Below, piece by piece: positions 27,076 to 42,322 of a DNA stretch of 64,000 nucleotides. The stretch spans positions 806,001-870,000 of the forward strand of contig CM061249.1 in assembly GCA_022605425.2 (NCBI GenBank). Reading direction: 5' to 3'. Each line of letters begins with the position of its first letter. The stretch's first letter is position 1. The notes below the pieces were generated by a model. The model ran no database searches. It was given only the letters and a program-made list of their open reading frames with translations, and had not been told where the DNA came from. This DNA comes from Hamiltosporidium tvaerminnensis FI-OER-3-3 (Eukaryota > Fungi > Microsporidia). A program made the translations under genes and the position numbers.

Positions 27076-28537
27076 ATGAGTTTAAATTTTCAAATAATAA
27101 AATACATGAGAAAGGCATATGAATTAAGCAATTCTCTTTAAAATATTATATACTTTTTTTCATAGATTTATCTGCCAGCAATTTATTTTTCAAATAGCAT
27201 TTATATTATAGTTTTAATTAAAGACAGTATAAGGACAGTCTAAATTATTTTTGATAATTTGCATACATAGTAACTCTAGAATATTACATTTTTGAAAAAA
27301 TATGTTAATTTTATATTCCAATTAAGTATACTAACGAATAGTTACTTGTTTAATGTATAGGTTATACATGATTTGCGATCAACATACAATGTTAGTTGTG
27401 TTCTTCACACGTTTAACTTTTTTGCAAACTTTTTATTTCATTTTTGACTTTTCGGTTTCTGCCATTGATTTATTTGTTTAAATACTTGAATTTTTTGTGG
27501 TTATTTTGCGAGTCTTTCAATAACAATTGTTCTATATTGTACCTTCTATAGATAAATGGTATAATAAGAATAACCACACTAAAACCATATGCTTGGCAAT
27601 TACTGAGTGAAATTAGTGCGAAATTCTCTGTTTGAATTTTTAGTTGGAAAAAAACCAATTGAATTTTCAAGTGCTTTTTAGGACAGTATATAAAGTCTAA
27701 AGGATAAAAAAAGTTAAATCCTTTCTTCAAAATAGGTCGTCGTTGTTTTATCTAACTAGATTAGATACTATGGCCGGCTATATAAGTAAATACAATGTAA
27801 AAGCCGAAAATATGATCTTTCTCTCTCGAGTGTGAGAACTCAGGGAATGTAGATTTATAAAACATGCCATATAGAAAGAAAAAAAATCTAAGAGCGAGTG
27901 CTTTTTAGAGTATAAAATTGCAACATCTAGATGTATCTCATGTAATTTATAAAAATATATTTTAGTTGATAGTCTATTTTGTTCAAAAGACGCATAGCAA
28001 ACGAGAATGCTTACTTTTATGAAATAGCAAGGTGGTTTATAAGTGAGATTCCACATCAAGCAACATAAATTGATAGAATTTAGAGAGCCTAGCTCTGACC
28101 ATTAAAAAAGTTTCATACGTTTTGCAGATGAATGATTTCGGATATAACTATCTAAAGGATACAGATAGATAACAGGTAAACGGGTATTCCTCTAAAACCT
28201 ACAATACATTGATGCATTGAACCAATATAACACACAAACTTTTAAAGATGATAAAATATTTATTAACTTATATTCTGTACATAGAAAATATTTTTATGTT
28301 GGAACTGCATCAAAAAATCTTATTCTATTTAAAAGCATGAAAGTTATTTTTTAGATTGAATTTACAAATTGTATAATATTTGACGTCGATGACATCAAAA
28401 AATATAAATATAAACTATAAGAATTGATACTCGGGTTTTTAATGGAAATCAAATTTAGAAATTTTAATTTATAAATGTCACATACGCTTCTGAAATGGTC
28501 AAAACATATTATTACTTTACACATTCACAAATTCCTA

Positions 28538-30881
28538 TCAGAATCTTAATTCCTTCATATAATATTTGTATAGAATATTAATATTTATTTGTAACTTAAT
28601 TTTGCTTTTAGAAAGTAGTTTCAATGAAAATATATATATCAAACAATCCTTTTCTGTAAGTAAATTAGAACCATGAATTTTCAACGACAATTTGATTAAA
28701 TTTTTAAAATTTCTTAAATAACTAAGATCTATCATGTTTATTTCAACATCACGCAAGTTTAATATTTTTGAAGAATTTATAAATGCACAGTCAGATCCTA
28801 ATCTAAAAAAAACCAAAATTAGAAAACTTACATCTTGTCAGATTAAGATCTTCTAAAACTTCAAAATTTTTTATTATATTCAGATCGTTTAGAATTAAAT
28901 TACAATGCAACAGCGACATTATATTTAATCTTATATTGCACATCGAAGATAATTTTGTTAAAAAACCCAATTTATTTTCACAGTAAGACAATTCAAATTT
29001 TTCTAGGAAATCAAGCTTGCTTAAGATGTCTAATTTGTCTATTATTACTATATTAGTGCTATAAAAAGCCAAAAATTTAAGATATTTAGGCTTTGAATTG
29101 AACAAATGCAAATCCGTGATCGATTCAAAAACACAAGATTCGAATATTAACGCTTCTAAACTTTCTAAATTAAATATTTCAATCAAACATTTTTCTCCGA
29201 TATTCATATTATGAAGACAAATTTACTTTAATATTTTGTATGAATCCCATAAAACAATTTCTAAATTTCTCTTCTCTGAAAAATCGTTTTCAATATGCAA
29301 AGTTTTTAATCGTTGCTTTTTTAAGAGAATATCGTTAAATTTAGTACTTAAATGGCTCTGTTGAATGGTTAATTCTTCCAATTCATTTAAGTTTTCTATT
29401 GCCCTCAAGAAACAGTATTCCGTTTTTTCATTCATTTTATAGTTTTGCAGTTTTAGAGTTCGCAAGAATTTAAAATAAAATAAAGAATCGCAAAACTCTT
29501 TTGGTTTTTTCAAAGAATAGAATGAAATTTCTAAGTGCAAAGTATATTGAACAATACTAAACTTACTAAACCCATAAAAAAATGATTGTTCTGATGCTAT
29601 ACTATTGAAGGAAAGTATAAGATTAGATAAACTCACTTTACAAAATAACTTACACCACCAAATGGAATTTATTTTTACATTTACAAATGCAATGTATTCC
29701 AACTTTTCAATTGAATCAAGATATCGATCGAGGAAAAGTGTGGTTTCAAATATTTCAACATTGTAAAACACCAATCCTCTAAGTTTTTTTTTCTCCAAAA
29801 ATGTCCTAAGAAGACTTGATGAGATGTTTAAACGTTCAAATCGTAAAAATTCTATATCATTTCTACATACAATACCAAGATTCATTAAAAAATTAGATGA
29901 AGAATATCCTTTAAAATTATAAAGAGTTATAGATTTGAATATTGGACGCGAAAAAAGGCGACATGTAAATTCTATACTCAGGATATTTTGTATAGAGCCA
30001 TCTAGTATTAAGGATTTCAAATTTATTTCATTTAATAGAATTTGAAAGAAATTAAAAATGATCTGATCTCGTAGCAATTTTTCAAAGTGTAATAATACTC
30101 TACTGCTATCAATAGAAATATTTTTATAGGGAATATGTTTATCAAAATATACAAAATCATAATATCTCCTAGTATTTTTTATTAAAATTAGATTGCCATC
30201 GCGAAATATATTATTTATTATCCACATAGTTAAAAGGCCTGAAATAAAAGATTTCGTAATATAGAAATCCATTTTTGACCAAAAATTTAAATCCATTAGT
30301 CCTTGTATATATGTACAATTTTTCTTCAAAAAACTTTTGTTAGGAGATAAAAATATTTTAAAAATTAAAGCTTGAATGAATTTACTCATATTTTTGTTAT
30401 TTATAGCTTTTAAATATTTAAACCCAATCAATATAGTTTTTATATCAATATGGTTTACTTCATCAGGTATTTCTGTAATGTCCTTAGTTGATTTTAAAAA
30501 ATATAATAAATCAAAATTACATTCGATTTTTCCATTTGGTCTATCAGATATAGATAGATTCAAGATATTATTAAGGCTTTCAAAATTGATAAAATGGTCT
30601 TTTTCGTATGCAAAAATTTTAGTGTTTTTTTCGTCTAAAATCGGTACGCTATTTAGTAAATCAAGCTTGAAATCTTCATTATTTGCTCCCAAATACGTTT
30701 TTGGTTGCCTTTTCATGTCAAGAAATATAATTTTGGAGTTTTCCTATTGTTCAAACCTATAAACGTATTTATATGATGCTATTGTATCCAATAAACAAAG
30801 GATGTACCCAAATAGAACCGAATTATTCACAAATGTATTTCCAGAAAATCTTTTCTTATATCGTGTAGTAAAATTGTTCAT
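28538..30881 (-). pseudogene. LRR-family paralog 1, disrupted
   Basis: ATG at 30881 (MNNFTTRYKKR, cf. MNFFSTRYKKR in paralog 2); frameshift ~30770, in-frame TAG ~30745, in-frame TAA 29223-29225, frameshift in an A-run ~28810. Confidence 0.85.
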
Positions 30882-33800
30882 CCATTATGTAATTTGCAAA
30901 AACCAAGTAGTTTTTTTATATTTATAATAACAAAAATCAGTAGAATATTCTTATCATTCTTTAGATGAAAATTAAATGATTTAATATATTCTTATCCTGA
31001 GGAAATTTTGGTAAATTTGTTTCAATATTTCTTTTTACAGACTTCTAATATAAAAATATTTTTTATTTATCTATTTAATTAAAAAATATTAAATATTAAA
31101 AAACGAATAAAATAGAAAGAGAATTAGAAACAAGAAAAATACCTTCCAAATTAAAAACCCAAGATTTTATTAAATAATTAATAAATAAAAACAAATTTTA
31201 CAACTCTTTTATTGTAATATATATTTATTTGGAAGTACGAAAAATACTTATAAATTACAAAAATATCGGGTATAATGCTTAAATCCCCTATAAATCTAAC
31301 TGTCTGTAAATTATTAATTCGAATCTTCGAGATTACACAAATTTTTAGATCAGGCAATTTCTATTAATTTACATTATTCCTATTTCATTTTACTTGCCAC
31401 CTTTAATTTGTTTCTTCTTTTATTTTTTCGTAATATATCATGAGCTAGAGATGCAATTAAATATTCGCTGTCTTTTTATGTACTTTATTTTTTGTTATCG
31501 AATGTTTGTGCTATGATACACTTCTTCTGCAACAGCAAACCTTATATGCAGTATCTTTTCATATAAAGAAAACCTGCTCCTCTCACCTTCAAATTCGCTT
31601 CAAATATTTTCTTAGTCAAAAAATGGTTTAATTTGTCTTTTTGTATTATTAAGAAATAAAGTTCTATTTTTATATATAACAATATATGTATGTTCTCTGT
31701 GAATTAGACTGTCAATATAGGGATTTATCCTATGTATGACGGTATATTACTAACTGGTTTAATTAGGAAATTTGTTTTAAAATGTGCTAATTTACAATGT
31801 AGTGATTTAAAGAGTGTTAAGATAAGAAATATAGGTCAAAGGGTGATGTTTATATGGAGGTTAAACGATATTAATATACATAAAAATAAAGAAAATGGTA
31901 TAGTAGGTTAAATATTTTTGTAACATATAAGTTTTACTGAGGCGGTTTTGTTTTTTATCATCTTGAATATAGATAAGGTGTGTTTTGTAAAACTAAAAAT
32001 GAGCACGCAGAAGCAGATTTGTCCCCTTAAAAAACCTTGAAATGTATCCTTTGTACTATAAGCCAATAGTTTATTTAAAAGAACACCTCATTAATCTGAA
32101 GCCTAAACGCTTTCCATGTGATTTATATTCGAAGGTTTCAACATCGTTGAGAGAGTAAGCAATTTGAACAAATCTAAAAAAAAGGTTGAATATTAGTCAG
32201 GCTGTATACATTTGTTCAAACAAGAAGAGTTGGTTCACTTGATACGTGATTAGTATACAAGGCTAAACCGAAAAGGTTTAAGGAACTTAGAAGTAAATAT
32301 TGAAGTATGAGTAAATATAAAGAAGTGCCGTAAATTTATCTATGTTGACAATATTCGATAAGACACGACGTCTTTTGCTGTATGATACTTTTAAATCTCA
32401 AAAAACACCCTGTTATTCCCAAAAATATCCTCTCGTGTTTTCCTTCTAATTCGAAAGCTATGCTAAATATAAAATGGCTATATGAGTAAGCACATTCGAC
32501 TTTATTTGCGAGAGATGGATCTTGACTTGTATTCTCCAATAATGTATAAAATAATTTTTGTTTTTTAAAAAAATATATGTCTATAAATTAATAACATAAA
32601 ATTGATAAAAATTGTTCTATTTGGACAAAATTACTCAACAAATAAATCATATAATGCGAAATAAACGAAACATATTTCGATATAAAACTTAGGTACATTG
32701 TCGAAAACAACATCCGAAATTTTCACAAAATAATGCATTTTATATTGTAAACTCATGTAAGTAATTATAAATAAAAGTGGCGTGTTGAGCTTTATAAATT
32801 TCCGGAATTACAAGGCAAATTTTTTTTACATCATTTTAGCAAATTAAATATCACAGAATAAAATATCTTCTACAAATATATACTCTGAGATTACGATATA
32901 TCATTATATGATGATGAATAGCATATTCCAGGTCTTAAATCGCCTTTAAAGATGAACCAAGAAGACTTGAACATGAATATCATAAAGATTCCGAAAAATG
33001 CAAATTTTTCACACATTTCAGCTTATTATATAAAAGAAGACACAATGAGTAAAAAAACAAATTTGAAGTGTTTTATCGTACTTAGCACGACACAATTGGA
33101 AAGCGACTATTTTTGCGCAGAGAACTTATTTTTAGTCTGCTGCTTTTCTATAGCCCAAATAGTCCTCTCATGTTAAAGGCCGGCTATAAACTGCATGCAT
33201 ATATCAAATTATGGCTTTATGGCAAAATATAAAAAAATCGACTCGAAAACCTATATCGCATTTAACAAGAAAATATTACCCAATCAACGTTTTGCAGAAC
33301 ATTTCCATATTTGGAATCAGGAGATTACAATTATATTTGCTACACAACATATCCAACACCAGCAAACCTTTGATATATTCCAAACTCAAAGGCGATTTGA
33401 TTGGAAACAATTTTCTAAATATTACTTAAATTAAAAAAATCATTGGTGCATGTGAAGAACAATATTGTGCACTGCCCGCGATTCTATGAATTCTTCTAAT
33501 TTCAACAGTTTAAATTATATGCTATGCAAAGCTTCAACATATAAGTCAATCCATACCGTAATGAATCGACACGAAATTTGCAATTGGCTAATTTCATTTT
33601 CGAATTCAAGTTTTAGTTAGATTCTAATCGCACGTCTTGATATTGCAAATGAATGCCTATCATTCGTCTCTGAATCACCTATCCATCACAACTTTATAAG
33701 GATGCGAGAATTTTGGTAAAATTATGAAAAATGGCATTCAATCTAAAATTTTAAAAAGTAAATACAAAGGAGAAGATAAATTCTTACTTTGTATTTTTAG

Positions 33801-34299
33801 GTTACAGATATGCCGCTTTAATCTTAATATTTCGGTTTATGGGGCGATTATTTTACGATTAGCCTAAAAAAACGTTGCAAATGAGTAAAATATAATCAGA
33901 GAATCACTGCTGCACATATGACTACCTATATGTGGCCACTTTGTGCGAACGAAGGCCTTCTAATTTTTCATGTACATACGAGACGAAAAAACAGAAAATA
34001 ATATATATTAGAAAGCATACCAAACGAATCATATAAAATATAAAAAGTTCTAAGCATATTTTTTTTAATTTATAGGTTTTTGAATTTCTTGTTTTTTTTG
34101 AAATCGGCGAAGTATGTGGCGGCTACTCGGTTATAAAATCGAAAAAAGCATGCATTAAAGTATAAATTTTAACATCAAGATAAAAATAGGTAATTTTAAT
34201 TAAGTGGTACACATAAAAATTCGGCATACATTTACCTCGTTCTAATTCAGCGGCTAAATATTTTTATAATACCATATGAACATTAGGCGATTCAACTAA

Positions 34300-36639
34300 T
34301 TAGATTTCATTTATATAGAAATAATACAAAATTTCGTCATTTATTGCGAACTTAATTTGGCATTTAGAAAGTTTTTTCAAAGTTAGTAAACAAATCCAGC
34401 AATCTTTTTCGGCGAAAATATATGGGGTAAAGGGGGACAAAGACAACTTATTTAAATTTGCAAACCTTTTTAAATATCTAAAATCCTCAATGCCCATTTT
34501 AACATACTGTAAATTCAAAATTTTCAAAGAATTCAGAAACATACAGTCAATGCCTAATTCGTAAAAATTACAATCTTGAAATTTACATCCCAGAAGATCT
34601 AGGTTTTCAAGTACATCAAATTTTTTTATTCTATTTAGATCTTCAAATCCTAAAACGTTGGATTTAGATATTAGAATACGTAATCTGATATTACACATCA
34701 GGTTCAAGCTTGTTAAATATCCAGGTTCGACCATACAATAAGATATATCTAAAACTTCTAAATATATAAGTCTGCTTAAAATATTTAAGTTATTAATGAT
34801 TTCTAGATTTAAGTCATTTAAATACAGGAATCTGAGTTTAAATGATTTAAAATTACAAGGCTTCCAATCAATTATTTGTTCGAGAACACAAGAGCTTAAT
34901 GATAAATATTTTAAATTTTCTAATCTAAAAATTTCATTTAAACCTGTTCCTTCAATCGTCATATTTAGAAAACTAATACTCTTTAACGATCTATAATTTT
35001 GTGCAAAATCAATTTTCAAAATTTTTTCTCCTAAAAAATCATTTTCAAAATGTAAAGTTTTCATTCCTCGTTTCATAAAAAGACTACTATAATTTTCTGT
35101 ACTAAAATAACATTGTTTAATAGTCAGGTTGTCTAATTCATCCATATTTTTTATCGCTTCGACTAAATATAATTCTGTTTGTTCGTCCGTTTCATAATTT
35201 TGCAATTTCAGAGTTCGCAAGAATTGAAAACTGAATAAGGCATTGCAGAATTCTTTAGATATTTCGCTAGTACAGAATGAAACTTCAAAACATAGAACAT
35301 TTTTAGGTTTACTGAACCTATAAAACTCATTTATAAAAGATTTTTCTGTCGATATACTATTGAAAGAAAGTATGAGAGTACATACATTTAATTTAAGAAA
35401 TAATGTCTTCCACAAAATTAAATCGATTTCAATATTTTCGAGAACTAAATAGTCCAATATTTCTGGAAATTTTATATATCGATCGATTGGTAGAATATTT
35501 TCAGGCATCCGAACGTCTTTTAAAACCAATCCTTTAAGTTTTTTTCCTTCTAAAAATAATTGAAGAACATTCATAGTGATATTTAGAAATTCTAATCTCA
35601 AAAACTCTATATCATTTCTACATGCAACACAAACTTTTTCTGTAAATAATGATGAAGAAGACCGTATAAAATTATAAAGCGCAATCGATTTAAATGTATT
35701 CAGCGAAAAAATAAGAAAACTAAATTTTGTATCTGGAATATCATATTCTATAAAGCCTTCTACTATCAAAGATTTCAAATTTATTTCTTCCAATAAAATT
35801 TGAAAGAACTTTAAAATGAATGAATCATGTAACAATTTTTCTAACAATAAGAATAATCTACCGCTATTTATTAATATATTCTTGTAAGGAATGTGTTCGT
35901 CGAATATTGAAATATAATAGAATTCTTCAATATTTTCTGAGATAATTAGATTTCCAGCTTGAAAAATATACTTTACCATATAAATGTTTAAAAAGCTCGA
36001 AAGAAATATTTCCTTAATTTGTAAATCAATTTTACACCAAAAACCTAAATCAAGTAGTCCTTCCATACACGTAAAATGTTCTTTTAAGGTGGGTTTTTTA
36101 TGATTTAAAAATACTTTAACAATTAGAGCCTGAAGGAATAAGGTCATATTTTTGTTCTTAACAGCTTTTAAATATTTCAAACTAAACAAAATATTTTTAA
36201 TATCTATATAATTTACTTCATCAGGGATTTCGAAAATGTCCCGAGTTAATTTTAGGGAATAGTACAAATTAAAATTGCATTCAATTTTTCCGTTTGGATT
36301 ATCTGATAACTCTAGGCTAAGAATATTATCAAGGACTTCAAAACTTATAAAATTATTTTTTCCATACGTAAAAGCACTGGTTTTTTCGTCAAATAAAGTC
36401 GACTCATCATTTAATAAAGTCAATTTAAAGTCTACATCATTTTGTACTGAATAAGTTTCCGTTTCTTGATTCCCAGTAAAAAACCTAATTTTTAATTTTT
36501 CGTTCTTTATAAAACCGTAAATGTATTTATAAGGAGAAACAGAATCAAGTAAACAAGAAGCATACAAAAATATAATCAAACTAGGTAAAAAGGTATACTC
36601 AAAGAGCCTTTTTTTATATCGAGTAGAAAAAAAATTCAT
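34300..36639 (-). CDS. Leucine-rich repeat protein (~779 aa) with N-terminal hydrophobic segment, intact paralog 2
   Basis: LxxLxLxx repeats (LRTLKLQNY, LKYLSLSSC, LEVLDISYC, LENLDLLGC); first ATG at 36639. Confidence 0.85.
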   Translation of the reverse strand: MNFFSTRYKKRLFEYTFLPSLIIFLYASCLLDSVSPYKYIYGFIKNEKLKIRFFTGNQETETYSVQNDVDFKLTLLNDESTLFDEKTSAFTYGKNNFISFEVLDNILSLELSDNPNGKIECNFNLYYSLKLTRDIFEIPDEVNYIDIKNILFSLKYLKAVKNKNMTLFLQALIVKVFLNHKKPTLKEHFTCMEGLLDLGFWCKIDLQIKEIFLSSFLNIYMVKYIFQAGNLIISENIEEFYYISIFDEHIPYKNILINSGRLFLLLEKLLHDSFILKFFQILLEEINLKSLIVEGFIEYDIPDTKFSFLIFSLNTFKSIALYNFIRSSSSLFTEKVCVACRNDIEFLRLEFLNITMNVLQLFLEGKKLKGLVLKDVRMPENILPIDRYIKFPEILDYLVLENIEIDLILWKTLFLKLNVCTLILSFNSISTEKSFINEFYRFSKPKNVLCFEVSFCTSEISKEFCNALFSFQFLRTLKLQNYETDEQTELYLVEAIKNMDELDNLTIKQCYFSTENYSSLFMKRGMKTLHFENDFLGEKILKIDFAQNYRSLKSISFLNMTIEGTGLNEIFRLENLKYLSLSSCVLEQIIDWKPCNFKSFKLRFLYLNDLNLEIINNLNILSRLIYLEVLDISYCMVEPGYLTSLNLMCNIRLRILISKSNVLGFEDLNRIKKFDVLENLDLLGCKFQDCNFYELGIDCMFLNSLKILNLQYVKMGIEDFRYLKRFANLNKLSLSPFTPYIFAEKDCWICLLTLKKLSKCQIKFAINDEILYYFYINEI

Positions 36640-39600
36640 CAGGATTGGATTCAAGGACTTTTATGATTTTAATTAAGAAATTAGTAAAATATTTTTTGAT
36701 CTTTGGATAAATTTAAATTAAATATTTAAATAAATTCTACAACCGAAAAAGAACTTATTTAAATGAATTTTTTTGATATATTTGACTAAAAGATATGTAA
36801 AAATAATCATAGAGTTCGAAAAAAATATTTATAAAGCGCGATTCAATATCTAAAACAAATTATTTTCCGAAATTAATAATACGGAATGTAATAATATTTA
36901 TATCAAAACTATAAAAATTTCTTTCATATCATAAATTTGATAAATTCAAAAAATAATTTATTCTCTAGAAATTTATAACATATAAATATATTTTAGAACT
37001 TAAAATCGCTTAACAGAATGGATATGATAAAGAAAAACAATTCTCTTATTTCTACAAACAACCAATTTTATTAGAATAAAGGAACGGTAAGAAGAAAGGC
37101 GATCTCTTTGTTAGAGAGTACTTCAAACTTGGCTACCTTCCAGAGAAATATAGCACGGAATTCAAATGAATTCTAAATGAACAAGTGTATAAAAAAATAC
37201 TTTATTTACGCAAAATTCAGTTAAGGACATGGAAATTATATTAATATCGAGAATTATCATTGCAGATCGCTTATTGAACGCTTTATCCTCAATTTGATTT
37301 TAAAGTTCATTTTAAGATGCAATAATATATTTAGTATATGTTTAATACGTTTTGCATTTGAAAATAAACTTTCTATTTCGATTTTTATCTGCACAAGTTA
37401 AACCGGTTGCTTTATAATTTTAAGGTTCATTTTTTGAGCTCCTGTGAACAATTGAAGCAATAAAGTGTTTTTTGATCGTATAGCATCTTCTCAATTCTTT
37501 AAAGATATTTTTTTCGCGCCAAATGGTTTTATCTATGCTACTTGGCTTTCTTAAGGAAATCTTAGGGATCCTTTATCATTACCAACTGGCATTAAAATTT
37601 TACCTCCAGCAATTCGTTCATTGATATTAAATTTTAATTTTTTTGTGCAAAATAAATGAAATCTGTAGGTTATCCTAAGTAATAGTGTGTTTTAAAAGAT
37701 AATCTGGTTATATCATATACATATTTATCACACGAGCAATTATTTCAATTCCTTTTCTGAATCAAACTTGCTTTATTAATATGCATATCTAATTCCTTGG
37801 TTTCTGGAATAGAACAAAATACAACGAGGTTGTAAAATAAATTTTAGATATTTAGGCATACGAGCTATTAGTTATCATATGATGTAATATCAGACATCTT
37901 ATTCGTTATTTTTAAATCGCTTTGCATAAAAATATGATTTCGTTTCTCGCAAAATTACAATAAGAATTGTTTGTAATTTACTTTGCAATATTTAGATTGC
38001 ATTCGTTTAGATTTATTCCAGATCAAGTAAATTAGTTTTAATAAAGCCAGTAATAAAATGATCAATGCTGCTTTCATTGAAATTCCTGGTTTTTTCTAGG
38101 TAAATAAATTGTTTGAATTTAAACCAAATAAACAAAAATTTATGATGGTTTTTCTGATGTCTATAGGCGGAATTATCATATGTTATGTTATCAACTGCAT
38201 GTAGTTTTTTGCAAAAAAGCAGTCAGAAAATTATTTGATATTGTGTAAAATAAATTAAAAGATATTTTCAAACTATTGAGGTATTAATACTTGCTTTCAT
38301 TCCTTTTTGATTGGATTTATTTTAGATATAATCGAGATAAATTTCGTATTTGTGTTTAAATTTCCCGTTTAGTTATACTGCGTAGAAAAATCATTGGTTT
38401 TTGCAAACTTTTGATCATAAATCAAAATACTTGTATGTACTTAAAGTTTTTAATCTTTTTTATAACGACCCTAGTTGCGCCTGAAAAATTTCCTTTTTTG
38501 AGAATATACACTATATCTAAGTTCAATCAAGTCGCAGAATGTACAACCAAAAATATTAGAGTTAAAAAACTTAAAATATGAATTAATAATTGTTAAACTT
38601 CCTTGGCAAATCATATATGTTAGATTAATCATAAAAAAAAGTTATATTTTAATGAATTTATTTATACTGTGACCTTATTATAACATAACATCAAATAAAA
38701 CCCTGCTTAATTTTCGGTTTGCGATGTATTAGACTCAATGTTCGAAGCATATTTCATATTTAGTTGTATCCTTGCGGTAAATTATATTTTATGTAAACAG
38801 CTATTGGTTAATATAAGAATTTGCAATGGAATGAGCTAAAAAATTCGAAAAACAACAACAATATTGCAGATACTAAGTTTTGGGAAATTAATTGTAAGTA
38901 AATTCTCAAAATAATTTAGGTCTATTCCCTATCTTGCTATATTTACTCTTTCCTTCCTGGTTCACTAACTATTCAAATATACTGATTTCAGTTACTATCT
39001 GTTTGAAAATGATTAACCTTAGCAGTCAAATCCGTATGTTCTATTTTTTATTAACACCTCTTGTCTATTGAAGCCTTTAATGTGTCCAATTTGTTAAAAA
39101 AATAACAAAATACTTAATTAATGACATATTCTTCCTTTTAGGCTCTTTAATTGATTTATACCTCACAGATGAAAAAATCTCTCAATTTCTCGCTTTTCAG
39201 TAACGTTAATTTGAATATCCGTAAATAGCTATATTTAACACTTAAAAGAGTAATAATAATACAAATTATCTCCATTTTAAGTATACTAAATTTTCTAGAA
39301 TAGAAATTTGCCTTATTTGTTGCTAAAATAGAACGACTTATACTTTGTATAGTTCTTAAAAGCTATAAAAAGTTTATTCGTAGATCCATATTTTTAAGAT
39401 ATTGAAAGAATTTAATTAAAATTATAAAGCCTTAACATATTTTAATTTGATCTAAAATTTATCATGGAAACACAATATAAACAAGTAAAATAAAATATAA
39501 AAAATTCATAACATTTGATATAAGTTCTCTAAAAACTAAGTGAATCGAATCCGGCTCGCAGGTACATTTCGTCTTTGCCCCGGAACCTTTAAAACATTAC

Positions 39601-39769
39601 TCGTGCCAGGCTAGTCAAGATTTTTCTTGCAGAGTAAGCATTTTTTAAAAAGCTGATTCCAATTTTGTAATATAATTATATGTTAACAGAATTTCTTAAT
39701 TTTACACATTTTCACACTACTGTAGCCACTTCTTTGACTTCTAAAAATTCAACTCTACATTTTCATTAA

Positions 39770-40390
39770 TTGTCGGTTACTCCGTTGTGGTAAGCCCATC
39801 TAAAATTTGGAGTACAATATGTTCTATATTTTGTGTTTTAAGACCATCTTTTTATTTGTTGGCGGCTTTAAAGGGAATTTTGGTTAGTTATACATCACTG
39901 CCCATTTAATTTGACTCAATTAAGCTCTCTTCGTAATTTGGCTTAGATTCAAGTCCTCTTTGTCGATCAAAGGAAATTTTTTCGACCGTTTTCTTGGGAC
40001 AATCGACTGAATATATCCCTCTATATCCATGGGTATTTGTAGTCTATAAGCATACACCTTATGGTATTTTTTCACAATACCCCTTCAGGTCATGTGAAAG
40101 GAAATATTTCCAAACTATATTTATAAATGAGACCTTAATTTATTGCCAACAAGCCATACTTCGTAAGCATCTTTCATTCAACTTTTTGAAGAGAATATTA
40201 GAAGGTGATTCAAATTCCAATGCAGGTTATTCTATTTTCCTTCTTGCCTTAAATGAATATACCAGCTCATCATTACGAATTGAAACATGTTTTTATTCTA
40301 GCTTCAACTCTTATCTTCGCATATTTTTTATAACAAATTTACACCGAGTGGCCTCTAATTTGTTAAATATGATAATAAACTTAAGCAAAT
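39770..40390 (-). mobile_element. Internally deleted non-LTR retrotransposon relic
   Basis: KTVEKISFDRQRGLES on the minus strand; 3' segment matches 49040-49260. Confidence 0.65.
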
Positions 40391-42322
40391 GTAAATAAAT
40401 TATGCCATAGAAATTGGAATTAGAAATAATTTGAATTATAAATTTGTAAAAAAAGAAACTTTATTTAGGTTTAGTATTTTTTTAAAACACTAAATCATGT
40501 TTTCTATCATTTTATGCCCGAAAAACAAATTAAAGAAGATAAAAGAATGGCTATTAAATATTCAATTTAATCGAGTAGTTGAGGTTAGTCACAAAAAAGT
40601 TGTTTTAAATATGGGAGAAATTTCTTCATAGAATTATTAATAATTTACTTTAGGTGCCCATCTTTTGTTTGCGTCCTTTGAATATTTTCTGCACTTCCTT
40701 TGGAGAATTATCTTTACAGATAGGAAGTACTAGAAACCTAAATGAAACTTAAACAAATGTATTTAGTTATCGAATTGGGTTGGAAATACTCAAATAAAAT
40801 TTTTTATGATGATTTTATACATTTATGTTGAAACCATCACAGAATTAGCACATCTGCTCTTTTCAAATCGAGCGCAGACTATATTTTTGACATCAGCTGT
40901 AATCTTCATTAGAAATTTTACAGTGTTTGTAACTAAATCAAAAAAAAGAGAATCTGGTCATTTCAATGTATCTGAAGTTTCTTTTGCGAACTAGATTGAA
41001 AAATGCTCTTTTATAAGTTTAAATATTATTGCGCCGATTAAAATGTGAGCAAATTTTTTTTGTGATTTAAAAAAGACTATTTTTCAACAAAATAAGTTAA
41101 TTGGGGTGTACAATTGAAGACAGATTATTATTCTTTTTTTCTTGCTAGTTTAGATTGAGATAATTTGTCTTTTTGATTAAATAGGCATAATAAAAAGCTT
41201 CTATTGCCACCGTTGATTTCATCTTGCAATAGAATGATTTACTCTATATAAAAATATTTAAGTGTTTATTATATCTTTAATGAATCTAGTGAATACTTTA
41301 CTCTCAAACTACAAACTACCTTAAGATATTTTAAACACTTTCTCAATTTTTTTCATTGAATTCAGGAATTAAAGACTATTGCCAGCATGCATTTTATATT
41401 GTTTATCGTGAGTTTCCTTGGATTTTTTGCTTCTGACAAGCCCAAGCATTTTGAATGACAATGATCATAAATATAAATACAACTTATTGTACCTGACACT
41501 AAACCACGTCTTTTTTTACAGTCTTGGATACAATAATTACAATAGTTTGTTTTTATACTCTTTTAATGCTATCACTTACAATAAATTTTATGTTTTCCCA
41601 TCAAGATTGTTACTTTTAAATGATCCAGCGTTTATCTAAAAAATAACTGCCGAGTGATCCTGCTATAAATGTAAAATTATTTAAAATCTCTAATTGTAAT
41701 TTATAATATAAATAAATTTCTCGGGTTTTTGACAGTACTTGAACTATATACACATATCTTTTGTTGTTTAAGACCAATGAAAATCATTGTATATGTTTTG
41801 TTTGTTAGAACATTGTGCAATTTTATTATCTATAATGTCTTCTATTCTCTTTGCTACCCTATTAGCAAACAAAATGATGTTTTTATATTTATTAATTTTT
41901 TATGAACATATGTTTAAAACTCGCCAATAATACAATATTCAAAAAATTTGCTGATCGTAAAAGATCTACCATGTTTGGTTAATTAAAATTTATATGAGAA
42001 ATAACTTAGGTGGATGAGTTCTATGAAATTAGTTGTTGGAACAAGAATTTTTGAAAAAATTCTAATTTCAAAGTTTTACATTTTTCTAAACGAATTTTAG
42101 TATATTTCCAGTTATTTTAAGAATGTTTCACTCTCTAATAAGTTTTTAGAATGTATTTTAGGGACTTATATAGAGGTTGATAGTAAACAACACATATTAC
42201 TACATGGTTGTCTAGATAAAAAAAATTTAGATCGCCTTTCTTCTTGAAAATTCTGTATTCATTATCAATTTCCCCTTTTTTATAAGTATATATGTTTTTA
42301 AAATTCGAAAAATAACAAAAAA

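Noticed and set aside
32930-33700. Possible decayed DNA transposase
   Set aside because: Looks like decayed coding sequence, but no motif could be assigned with confidence.
41300-41830. Tc1/IS630-like relic (PEFN..IEKVF on the minus strand)
   Set aside because: A single weak motif that needs a frameshift; insufficient.
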